30,889 nucleotides of DNA, taken from contig JAYUGC010000089.1 in NCBI GenBank assembly GCA_043767805.1, positions 1 through 30,889 on the forward strand. The letters are read 5' to 3'. How positions within the stretch are numbered: position 1 is the stretch's first letter; the number at the start of each line of letters is the position of its first letter. This DNA is from Pseudomonadota bacterium. GTDB lineage: Bacteria > Bdellovibrionota > FAC87 > UBA2466. Positions 10,037 through 17,587 of the stretch are shown one piece after another. The translations under genes and the position numbers were made by a program. A model generated the notes under the pieces. The model worked only from the letters and a program-made list of their open reading frames with translations. It had not been told where the DNA came from and did not search any database.

Positions 10037-10204
10037 TTTGCCGGCTCCTTGTTCGGCGAGACGGCCGCAGAGAAAGAGGGCGACGCCGATGAGAAGCATG
10101 GTGAGCTCCTTGGTCATGGAGTCCTCTTTGAGCCCAATGTAGAGAGCGAGGGCGGTGACACCCATGGCGGCGGCCTGAAGACCTTTAGCGAAGTAAAACA
10201 GCAT
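10031..10204 (-). CDS. Small two-TM membrane protein (57 aa), below the ORF-track cutoff
   Basis: MLFYFAKGLQAAAMGVTALALYIGLKEDSMTKELTMLLIGVALFLCGRLAEQGAGKS; GC3-rich codons; fills the gap between ruvC and the SAM hydrolase gene. Confidence 0.7.
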   Translation of the reverse strand: MLFYFAKGLQAAAMGVTALALYIGLKEDSMTKELTMLLIGVALFLCGRLAEQGAGKS

Positions 10205-10264
10205 ACTTTGAATCCGCCGGAATTCTATTCACAGACCCCGATAAATCAATGAAAATGGCTCACC

Positions 10265-11029
10265 ATGGCAGGGATCGTCACTCTTCTAACCGACTTCGGC
10301 ACCAAGGATACCTATGTCGCCGAGGTTAAAGCAGTTTTACTAGCCGGAGAACCGAAGCTCACTTTGGTCGATCTGACCCATCAGATCACGCCCTACGACA
10401 TTTCACTGGGAGCGTTTCAGCTGCTCCGCGCTTACCACCATTTTTCGAAGGGGACCTACCACCTCGCCATCGTGGATCCCGGCGTGGGTACCCGTCGCAA
10501 ATGCCTCCTTATAGAGACCGCGCGCTACCGTTTCGTGGGACCCGACAACGGGCTACTCAAGTGGGCCGTACGCCACTGCGAACGGGAAGAAGGAAAGCCC
10601 GCGCGGATTTACGAGATTCCCGTTCCGGAAAAAGCGAGCGTCACCTTCCACGGCCGCGACGTGTTCGCGCCGGCGTTGGTTCGTCATCTAAAGGAAGCAA
10701 AGAAGGGCTTTAAAAAAATCTCCGAGATGGAGGGCCGCGAGTTCCCCGATCCTATTTTGCGAAACGGAAAACTCGTCGGCGAAGTTTTGGTCGTCGACCA
10801 TTTCGGAAACTTGGTGACCTCTCTGCCGCACGTTGCCGGAGAAATTCCCGAAGCTCACATCGGCGAGCGGACTGTGCTGAAAACCGTCAGTTGTTACGCG
10901 GACATTCCCGCGGCGGAAGCTTGTCTCGTCCCTGGTTCCCACGGCTTTTGGGAGATCTCTTGTCGCAGTGCTTCTGCTCACGAAAAGCTCGCGCTCGGTG
11001 TCGGACAGGAGATCACTTTTCTCCGTTAA
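10265..11029 (+). CDS. SAM hydroxide adenosyltransferase / SAM-dependent chlorinase-fluorinase family (DUF62)
   Basis: TLLTDFG, VDPGVGT, GPDNGLL, TFHGRDVFAP, VDHFGNLVT. Confidence 0.92.
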   Translation: MAGIVTLLTDFGTKDTYVAEVKAVLLAGEPKLTLVDLTHQITPYDISLGAFQLLRAYHHFSKGTYHLAIVDPGVGTRRKCLLIETARYRFVGPDNGLLKWAVRHCEREEGKPARIYEIPVPEKASVTFHGRDVFAPALVRHLKEAKKGFKKISEMEGREFPDPILRNGKLVGEVLVVDHFGNLVTSLPHVAGEIPEAHIGERTVLKTVSCYADIPAAEACLVPGSHGFWEISCRSASAHEKLALGVGQEITFLR

Positions 11030-11097
11030 GAAGTTGTCTGGTATAATTAATTCTGACTTACGGACCCGCTTTTCTTTATTCCCCGCAAAGGCAATTT

Positions 11098-11865
11098 ATG
11101 TCGATGAGCCGGCGCAACGGCGCCACCCTTTTGATCCTCGCCTTAAGTTTGGCTTTGATTGGCGGGGACGTGTGCGCGGCAAGCTCCAAAAAAGATTTTC
11201 GCGGCTTGTTCGGAAACTATCGCCGGGAACAATACGTCGAGAACGAAGGCCGCAGCTCGGACTTCGGCATGGACTTCAATCTGTCGACGCTACTTCCGAT
11301 CACGCCCATCGTTCAGAGCATCGAGACTCAAGGTGGCACCGCGGATAATTTGAAGTACGCCACGTTCTTCAATTTCGAGCTCGGGTTCTTTTTATCTTTG
11401 AGCTACCACTGGGAGCTCTACGGAAGCCTGGGTTACTACACATACGACACCCGCAAAGAGAACACCGTTTACACGGATCCGGCCCTGCCGCTTTTTCATC
11501 AGTTCGAGATGACGATGATTCCCGCGATGGCGGGAGTTCGGTACCGTTTGAGCACGGACGACATCGTTCCTTACGTGGGCGTCGGCATGGGCATGGCTTA
11601 TACCAAGCGCAAGGGCTCGTACGATTACAGCGATCCGACGACGGACACGCAATATTTGAACGCGATCATCGGACAGGCGCTCGCGGGCGTCGAGTTCTAT
11701 ATCGCGGCGCGGGCAGGAATCCGGCTGGAAGTGTCAGCCTATTTCATGAATCTGCCGGCTAGAGAGTTCCGACCCGGGGCGACCATCACGACGTTCCCAG
11801 CCTTGGAGTATAAGTCCAATCCCTGGTCGGTGCGGTATTCGAGCGGTCTTTTCGTATTGTTCTAA
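11098..11865 (+). CDS. Outer-membrane beta-barrel protein (8-stranded OmpW/OmpA-barrel-like)
   Basis: Signal peptide; IVPYVGVGMGMAY strand; C-terminal Phe. Alternative start at 11104. Confidence 0.75.
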   Translation: MSMSRRNGATLLILALSLALIGGDVCAASSKKDFRGLFGNYRREQYVENEGRSSDFGMDFNLSTLLPITPIVQSIETQGGTADNLKYATFFNFELGFFLSLSYHWELYGSLGYYTYDTRKENTVYTDPALPLFHQFEMTMIPAMAGVRYRLSTDDIVPYVGVGMGMAYTKRKGSYDYSDPTTDTQYLNAIIGQALAGVEFYIAARAGIRLEVSAYFMNLPAREFRPGATITTFPALEYKSNPWSVRYSSGLFVLF

Positions 11866-11925
11866 ACTTTTCCCGTTTAACTGCCGAAGCGTAAGGCGTC
11901 AGGCGGCTTTTTTTGGAGGAGAACC

Positions 11926-12621
11926 ATGGGTGAGCTTCTAGAACTCGCAAATTTCGTAAAAGAAGGCGGGTTCGCCAGTATGATGGTGGTGGTGGTGGCG
12001 GTGATGTGTACCGCGATTGCCATCGAACGTTGGGTACGGATTCAGTTCCAGTACTCGATCAACAGCCGGGCCTTCATGGCCAAGCTGAAGAAATACATCT
12101 TGAGCGATAACATCGATCGAGCAATCAGCCTCTGCAACAGCCGCCCTCAGGCGCTGCTGCCGCGGGTGCTGAAGGCTGGCCTTACGCGCGCTAAGGATAC
12201 CCCCGGGGAAATCCAGAACGCGATCGACGAGGCGACCTTGGAAGCGCTTCCGAAACTCGAGGCTAGAGCGCTGTATCTACCGACGCTAGCGAACCTTTCG
12301 ACCCTGATCGGGTTGTTCGGAACGATTGTCGGTCTGATCATGGCCTTCCGGGCCTCCGGTGACGCGGTAGACGCGGTCACTCGCCAGACCTTCTTACAGA
12401 AATCGATCGCAATCGCGATGCATACCACGGCGCTGGGAATCATGGTCGCTATCCCGACCTTGTTCGTCCACGCCGTGCTGCAATCGAAGATCAACGCGAT
12501 GATCTCCGACATCGACCAATACTCGGTGAAGCTGATCAACCTGCTCTCCGCCGCGCAAAAATCGGGCGGCCGGCCTCAGTCGGCGGGCATGGATGAGGCT
12601 TCCGCGGGTAACGACGACTAA
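11926..12621 (+). CDS. MotA/TolQ/ExbB proton-channel protein (AglR-like)
   Basis: IAIERW, TLIGLFGTIVGLIMAF, AMHTTALGIMVAIP; SD GGAGGAG. Confidence 0.92.
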   Translation: MGELLELANFVKEGGFASMMVVVVAVMCTAIAIERWVRIQFQYSINSRAFMAKLKKYILSDNIDRAISLCNSRPQALLPRVLKAGLTRAKDTPGEIQNAIDEATLEALPKLEARALYLPTLANLSTLIGLFGTIVGLIMAFRASGDAVDAVTRQTFLQKSIAIAMHTTALGIMVAIPTLFVHAVLQSKINAMISDIDQYSVKLINLLSAAQKSGGRPQSAGMDEASAGNDD

Positions 12622-12639
12622 CCCGAAAGGTTAATCGAG

Positions 12640-13185
12640 ATGGCCAATCTACCCAGCAAAAGAACGCACCGGATTAAGCCGTCTGAAGGGCTGAACCTCA
12701 CTCCCTTCATCGACATGATCACGTGCCTCATGTTCTTTTTGATGATGTTCGCCGGTATCATTCCGGTCGTGATCATCGATGCTCCGCTCCCGAAGGTGGC
12801 CTCCAGCGCTGCGGAAGTGAAGCAAGCAAAGGACAACGAGAACAAGTTCTCGCTCACCGTGTACATCACGGCGAACGGGTTCTCGGTGAAGGCCGACGTC
12901 GCGAAAGAACAGGCGATTCCGAAGACGCCCGAAGGCAAGTTCAACTACGGCGAGCTCCACAAGGCTCTCATCGCGCTGCACACCAAGAAGCCGGACTCGC
13001 ACGAGATCACCCTCATGCCGACCGACGACATCACCTACGACGTCATGATCGAAGTGATGGACGCCGCTCGCGAAATGGTCAAAGGGGACCCTGGGTACCA
13101 GGTCATCCCGCCGGAAATCGCGGTCAACCAAGAACGGGTCCAGTTCAATAAGATGTTCCCGGATGTAAGCATCGGAGGAGTCTAA
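12640..13185 (+). CDS. ExbD/TolR-family protein (AglQ-like)
   Basis: LNLTPFIDMITCLMFFL (conserved TM Asp), YDVMIEVMDAAR. Confidence 0.88.
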   Translation: MANLPSKRTHRIKPSEGLNLTPFIDMITCLMFFLMMFAGIIPVVIIDAPLPKVASSAAEVKQAKDNENKFSLTVYITANGFSVKADVAKEQAIPKTPEGKFNYGELHKALIALHTKKPDSHEITLMPTDDITYDVMIEVMDAAREMVKGDPGYQVIPPEIAVNQERVQFNKMFPDVSIGGV

Positions 13186-13772
13186 TGGCAGACGTTGGAG
13201 GCGGCGGAGGAGGCGGTAGAGGCAGTCGCGCAACCGCGGGCCGGGTTACGAGCCGTGCTCGCGCGGGAAATATCGGCGGCGGCAGCGGCCTGATGCTCGC
13301 GTCGATGCTAGACATCCTCATGGCCATTTTGTTCTTCTTGCTGAAGAACTATTCCACCGTCGTGTCTGACTTCTCAATGGGCAAGGATATCTCTCTGCCC
13401 TATTCGAGCGCCTTGGTGCCTCCGCAGCCCGCGCTGCAACTCGTGGTGACCAAGAGCGCCATCATGCTCGATGACAAGGAAATCGTTTCCATCGTCAACG
13501 GCGACGTCTCCAAAAAAGATCTCCATTCCGACGGCGTGACTATCCTCAAGCTCGCCTGGGCTTTGAAGGAACAAAAGCAGAAGTCGGAGTTCTTCAAGCG
13601 CGCCAATTCGGAAGATCCCACTAAGAAAGACGACAAGGCTTTCTCGGGCACCGTCGTGCTCCAGGCGGATCAGAGCTTGCGCTTCCAGCTTCTCAAGAAG
13701 GTCATCTACACGTCGGGCATCAGTGACTTCGTCAATCTGAAGCTCGCCGTGATTAAAAAAGAAGATAGTTAA
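13185..13772 (+). CDS. ExbD/TolR-family protein (AglS-like)
   Basis: SMLDILMAILFFLLKNY, VVLQADQSLRFQLLKKVIYT; translationally coupled (TAATG). Confidence 0.88.
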   Translation: MADVGGGGGGGRGSRATAGRVTSRARAGNIGGGSGLMLASMLDILMAILFFLLKNYSTVVSDFSMGKDISLPYSSALVPPQPALQLVVTKSAIMLDDKEIVSIVNGDVSKKDLHSDGVTILKLAWALKEQKQKSEFFKRANSEDPTKKDDKAFSGTVVLQADQSLRFQLLKKVIYTSGISDFVNLKLAVIKKEDS

Positions 13773-13933
13773 CGCTATTTCTTACAGGCTACTCAAAGCC
13801 TGGATCGCCTTCTCTAGCCCCGTAAAAATCAAGTGTAACGGCGCCGCATCGTACCTGTAGGCCGGTGAGCTAACGATCTTGTTAGCTCGATCGATATGGC
13901 AATCGTCCGCGGATAAAAGGACCGCTGCTTTTT

Positions 13934-16480
13934 TCATGTCGTCGCTCCCGTAAAGTTCTTATCGAGAATCTTTTTCGCCGCGTCTTTTAGGCGCGTCGAG
14001 TCCGACTTGGCGGCGATGGCTTCGAGCGCGCTTCGCACGTTCGAGCTTTTGACTTCCTCGACGGTGCCGAGAAGCCGCGACTTCACCGTCTCGCCGAACT
14101 GGGTATTGGTCAGGATGAACTCTTGGAGATAATTAGCCCACTCGGACGAGCTCTTCAGAGTTTGGTTGTACTCGACGGCCCAGCCAATGCGGCCCATGAA
14201 ATCGGTGCCCGCCGTTTTCGACAGCTCCCGGATTTCGTCCACGGCCTTCGCGTTCTCGAAGTAGCCGAACGCATACTGCACCCAGTAGCGGTAACGATAA
14301 CCGCGCCCCTGATGGAGTTGTAACGCGCTCTTTAATACGTCGCCGCTTTCGGTAGTTCCCACCATCGCCGTGCCGCGAGCGGCCGATTTCAGATCGTCTA
14401 AGGAGATATCGCGTTTGCCCATGGTGGAGGCGAGTAAGGGAAGGGCGCCCTCTAGCTTAACCTTGCCGAGCGCCGTATAGAGCTGGGAGCGCCACTGGCT
14501 CCAGCCGTGAGGATCCGACGCGTAAGCCGCGGCTTGTGAGTACCCGCGATCGGAAGCGGACTTCGCGAGATCAAAGACCGACTTCCCCAAAGTCTCGGGC
14601 AACCAGCGTGCTTTCGCCCGTAAGAAAGCTTCCAGCAGGGCGGTGCGCACGTACGGAGAAGGATCTTGCTCGAGGACCGAGACCAGAGTGCGCTCGGCGA
14701 GCGAGGAGATATCCTTACCGTCCAAGAGTCCGCCGGCCAGCTCGTAATTCGCCCACGTCCGCGCGAAAGGGTCCGGTTCGCGCAACGCCTGTACGGCAAG
14801 CATCGCTTCATCCCGAGTGGCTTGAGTGACGCGGCCAAGCACCACGGCACCCGGATTTACGGTGACCCATTCTGGTTCGGCCAAAAGCTTCACGGTCTCG
14901 ACGCTTTCGGACTCGCCCATTATGAGATCGACCGCTTTGTCGTAAGCGGGCGTCGCCTGACGATGAAAGACCACCGGAAGCTTGAATTGAAAATTGGTCT
15001 TATCGTCAGCGTGATTGGACTGCTGGCGGACCGTTAGCTGATAGGTACCGTCTTTCGCCTTCCAAACACCCGAGTAACTAATCACCGGATAGCCTCTCTG
15101 CAAAAGCCAGGTGTCTCGGAAAGCAGTGAGCGATTTTCCCGAGGCGGTTTCCATGCGCGCGAAGAAATCGAGATAGGTGGCGTTGGCGAGCGCGTGCTTT
15201 TTCAAGTACGCCGCGAGTCCTTTGCGAAAGGCCGCATCGCCAATGTAGTGGTGGAGCATGCGGAGCACGTTCTCGCCCTTCGTGTAGCTGATGGTATCAA
15301 AGGAGTCGTCGGGATCTCCCTGCTTTTTATCCACGATGGGATGGCTGCGCGGGCCGTCCTCTTCGCGGAAGTAGGAGTCCCATGTAGAAACGACGACGTT
15401 CAGCTCCGGCTCAATCGATTTGAAGAAGTCTTTTTCGCCCAAGGTTCCGAGGTAACTCGCGAACGATTCGTTCAGCCAGACATCATCCCACCACGCCATG
15501 GTGACGTAGTCGCCGAACCATTGGTGGGCGAGCTCGTGCGCCGCGAGTCCCACGACGCCGTTCTTTTCGAACTCGGAGTTGGGATCGTTCAAAAGAATGC
15601 GCTCCTGGTTCATGAAGGTCGCCGAAGTGTTCTCCATGCCACCCCAGAGAAAGGTGGGTACGCCGACGGAGTCGTACTTCGGCCACGGGTAAGCGACGCC
15701 GAGATACCCTTCGTAGAAATCAACGAGGCGCTTCGTCGCGGAAAGACCGAAACGAGCGGCTTGCTGCTTTTCCTTGGGAACCCAAAACGCGACTTCTTTC
15801 TTGCCGGCCTTTTCGAAAATCTTGGTGAGGGGAGCCACGGCCACCGCGACCAGATAGGTCGAGTGAGGCTGCGCCATGGAGTAACGCACTTCTCTCCACC
15901 GCTCGGCGCCTTTCTTGAAGAAACGATCTTTGGCGCGCGTGCCGTTCGAAACGACTTCGTACTTCTCCGGCACACGGGTCACGACTTCAGTAAGCGCTTT
16001 GTCCTGGGGCTCGTCATTGCATGGGAAAAAGGCGCGGGCGCTGTGCGATTCAAATTGCGTGAAAAGTAACGGGCCGCGAGAGGCGTCGTCGGGATCGGTG
16101 ACTTTGAAGAGTCCTTCGTGGCTCGAGCCGATCTTGCCCTCGTACTTGATCTTCACGGTGAACTTCGCGCCGGCTGTCACCTTCCGGGGCAGGCGAATCT
16201 CCAGCGCGCCTTCTTTCGCGGTGAAGGTGAGCGGCTTCCGGCGATTCCCGAAGGTCACCGTTTGAACGGTGAGGTTCTCCGTGTCGAGAGAGAAGCTTTC
16301 CAAGGCGTTTACCGCCCGGAAGGTGCCCGTCAGCTCGGCTCGGAAAACGGTTGGGTCGGCGGCCGGGTTTACTTCCCAGTCGATTTTGTACTTCTGAGCA
16401 TCAATGGGTCGATTGAGCGGTCCCGCCGCCGAAAGCGCTAACGAAAATAGGCTGAGCAAAGACAATAAAGTGAGCTTCAA
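13934..16480 (-). CDS. M1-family zinc aminopeptidase with signal peptide and helical C-terminal domain
   Basis: TQFE, GGMEN, HELAHQWFG-X-WLNESFA (HEXXH-X18-E), SYTKG; TTG start at 16480 after a G-rich SD. Confidence 0.92.
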   Translation of the reverse strand: MKLTLLSLLSLFSLALSAAGPLNRPIDAQKYKIDWEVNPAADPTVFRAELTGTFRAVNALESFSLDTENLTVQTVTFGNRRKPLTFTAKEGALEIRLPRKVTAGAKFTVKIKYEGKIGSSHEGLFKVTDPDDASRGPLLFTQFESHSARAFFPCNDEPQDKALTEVVTRVPEKYEVVSNGTRAKDRFFKKGAERWREVRYSMAQPHSTYLVAVAVAPLTKIFEKAGKKEVAFWVPKEKQQAARFGLSATKRLVDFYEGYLGVAYPWPKYDSVGVPTFLWGGMENTSATFMNQERILLNDPNSEFEKNGVVGLAAHELAHQWFGDYVTMAWWDDVWLNESFASYLGTLGEKDFFKSIEPELNVVVSTWDSYFREEDGPRSHPIVDKKQGDPDDSFDTISYTKGENVLRMLHHYIGDAAFRKGLAAYLKKHALANATYLDFFARMETASGKSLTAFRDTWLLQRGYPVISYSGVWKAKDGTYQLTVRQQSNHADDKTNFQFKLPVVFHRQATPAYDKAVDLIMGESESVETVKLLAEPEWVTVNPGAVVLGRVTQATRDEAMLAVQALREPDPFARTWANYELAGGLLDGKDISSLAERTLVSVLEQDPSPYVRTALLEAFLRAKARWLPETLGKSVFDLAKSASDRGYSQAAAYASDPHGWSQWRSQLYTALGKVKLEGALPLLASTMGKRDISLDDLKSAARGTAMVGTTESGDVLKSALQLHQGRGYRYRYWVQYAFGYFENAKAVDEIRELSKTAGTDFMGRIGWAVEYNQTLKSSSEWANYLQEFILTNTQFGETVKSRLLGTVEEVKSSNVRSALEAIAAKSDSTRLKDAAKKILDKNFTGATT

Positions 16481-16547
16481 AACGACCCCCTGAAGCAGTG
16501 TGCGAACATTGAATTTCACTAGGGGGTATGGGAATGTCAACGCCGCC

Positions 16548-17333
16548 ATGAAAACCACGGATCTCAAAGAAACTCAGCGTTTACTCAAAGTCGTCGGAGA
16601 GCTCAGGGAGAAGTGCCCCTGGGACAAGAAACAGACGCACCAAACTTTGTCTCGCTACATGCTCGAAGAGGCCTACGAAACGGTCGATGCCATCGAGACC
16701 GAGAAGCCCGAGCTACTGCGCGAGGAGCTGGGAGACGTGCTTTTGCAAATCGCCCTGCACGCCGAGATCGCCCAGGAAAAGGGCAAGTTTACTTTCGAAG
16801 ACGTGGCGAAGTCCATCACCGACAAGATGATCCACCGTCATCCCGACATTTACGAAAACGTTCAAGTCCGGGATATGAAAGATCACCTGCGGAACTGGAC
16901 CCGCCTGAAGAACAAGGAAAAGCCCAAGCGCGGTCTTTTGGACGGCATTCCGCGCGCGCTTCCGTCTCTGCAAAGAGCGCAGCGCTACGGGGAAATCGCG
17001 GGCAGCGTCGGCTTTGACTCGAAAGACGCGGGCGCGGGTTTAGCGAAAGCGCGGGAGAATCTCGCGGCTCTCGAAAAAGAGTCGAAGAAGAAAAAGCCCG
17101 ACCAGGCCAAGCTCAGCGAGGGTTTCGGCGAGTTGATGTTTGCTCTCGCCAACGTCGGCCGCCACCTCGGCGTCGACGCGGAAGCCTCTGCTCGCGCGGG
17201 AACCCAAGTTTTCGCCGACCGCTTTTCCGAAGCGGAAAAGACGCTCACTCGCTCGGGCAAAAAGCTACCCGAATGCACCGCCAAGGAATGGGAAGCCGCG
17301 TGGCGTAAAGTGAAGCCGAAAAAGAAGCGTTAA
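16548..17333 (+). CDS. mazG: Nucleoside triphosphate pyrophosphohydrolase MazG
   Basis: LREKCPWDKKQTH, EEAYE, EELGDVLLQ, KMIHRHP; second domain degenerate. Confidence 0.92.
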   Translation: MKTTDLKETQRLLKVVGELREKCPWDKKQTHQTLSRYMLEEAYETVDAIETEKPELLREELGDVLLQIALHAEIAQEKGKFTFEDVAKSITDKMIHRHPDIYENVQVRDMKDHLRNWTRLKNKEKPKRGLLDGIPRALPSLQRAQRYGEIAGSVGFDSKDAGAGLAKARENLAALEKESKKKKPDQAKLSEGFGELMFALANVGRHLGVDAEASARAGTQVFADRFSEAEKTLTRSGKKLPECTAKEWEAAWRKVKPKKKR

Positions 17334-17338
17334 AGCCG

Positions 17339-17378
17339 GGAGAATGCGTTCGCATACGCGAACTCATACGCATTCTCC
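17339..17378. repeat. Hexamer-phased inverted repeat (11-bp arms) directly after the mazG stop
   Basis: GGAGAATGCGT...ACGCATTCTCC; the minus strand reads GAGAAT GCGTAT GAGTTC GCGTAT GCGAAC. Confidence 0.6.
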
Positions 17379-17523
17379 TGCCCCTTTCCAGCCCGGTTTC
17401 GATACCGGGGCCAAAAGCGCCCCGGTGATTCGTGAAAATTTTCCGTAGCCGGAGGCGGGTGGTGCGCCGCACCTCGATTTGTTAACAGCCTCCAGAGGCC
17501 CAAAAAGCCGAATAACTCAACCG

Positions 17524-17539
17524 TGGCATGGGTTTCGCA
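17524..17539 (+). promoter_or_regulatory. Putative sigma-54 promoter for the ABC exporter-like gene
   Basis: TGGCAT-GGGTT-TCGCA, GG-N10-GC exact. Confidence 0.55.
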
Positions 17540-17587
17540 GTATGGGAGGAGGTGAACGACAAGAACGTAGTCGCTAACACCAAAATT

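Noticed and set aside
10049..10252. 67-aa plus-strand ORF in the track
   Set aside because: The opposite-strand 57-aa ORF has an ATG start, typical codon usage and a coherent two-TM pattern
10265..11029. Halogenase-based natural product pathway
   Set aside because: Stand-alone DUF62 gene with the TFHGRD motif typical of SAM hydrolases; no biosynthetic genes nearby
16548..17333. MazEFG toxin-antitoxin or antiphage module
   Set aside because: No mazEF or defence genes adjacent; housekeeping-type tandem MazG
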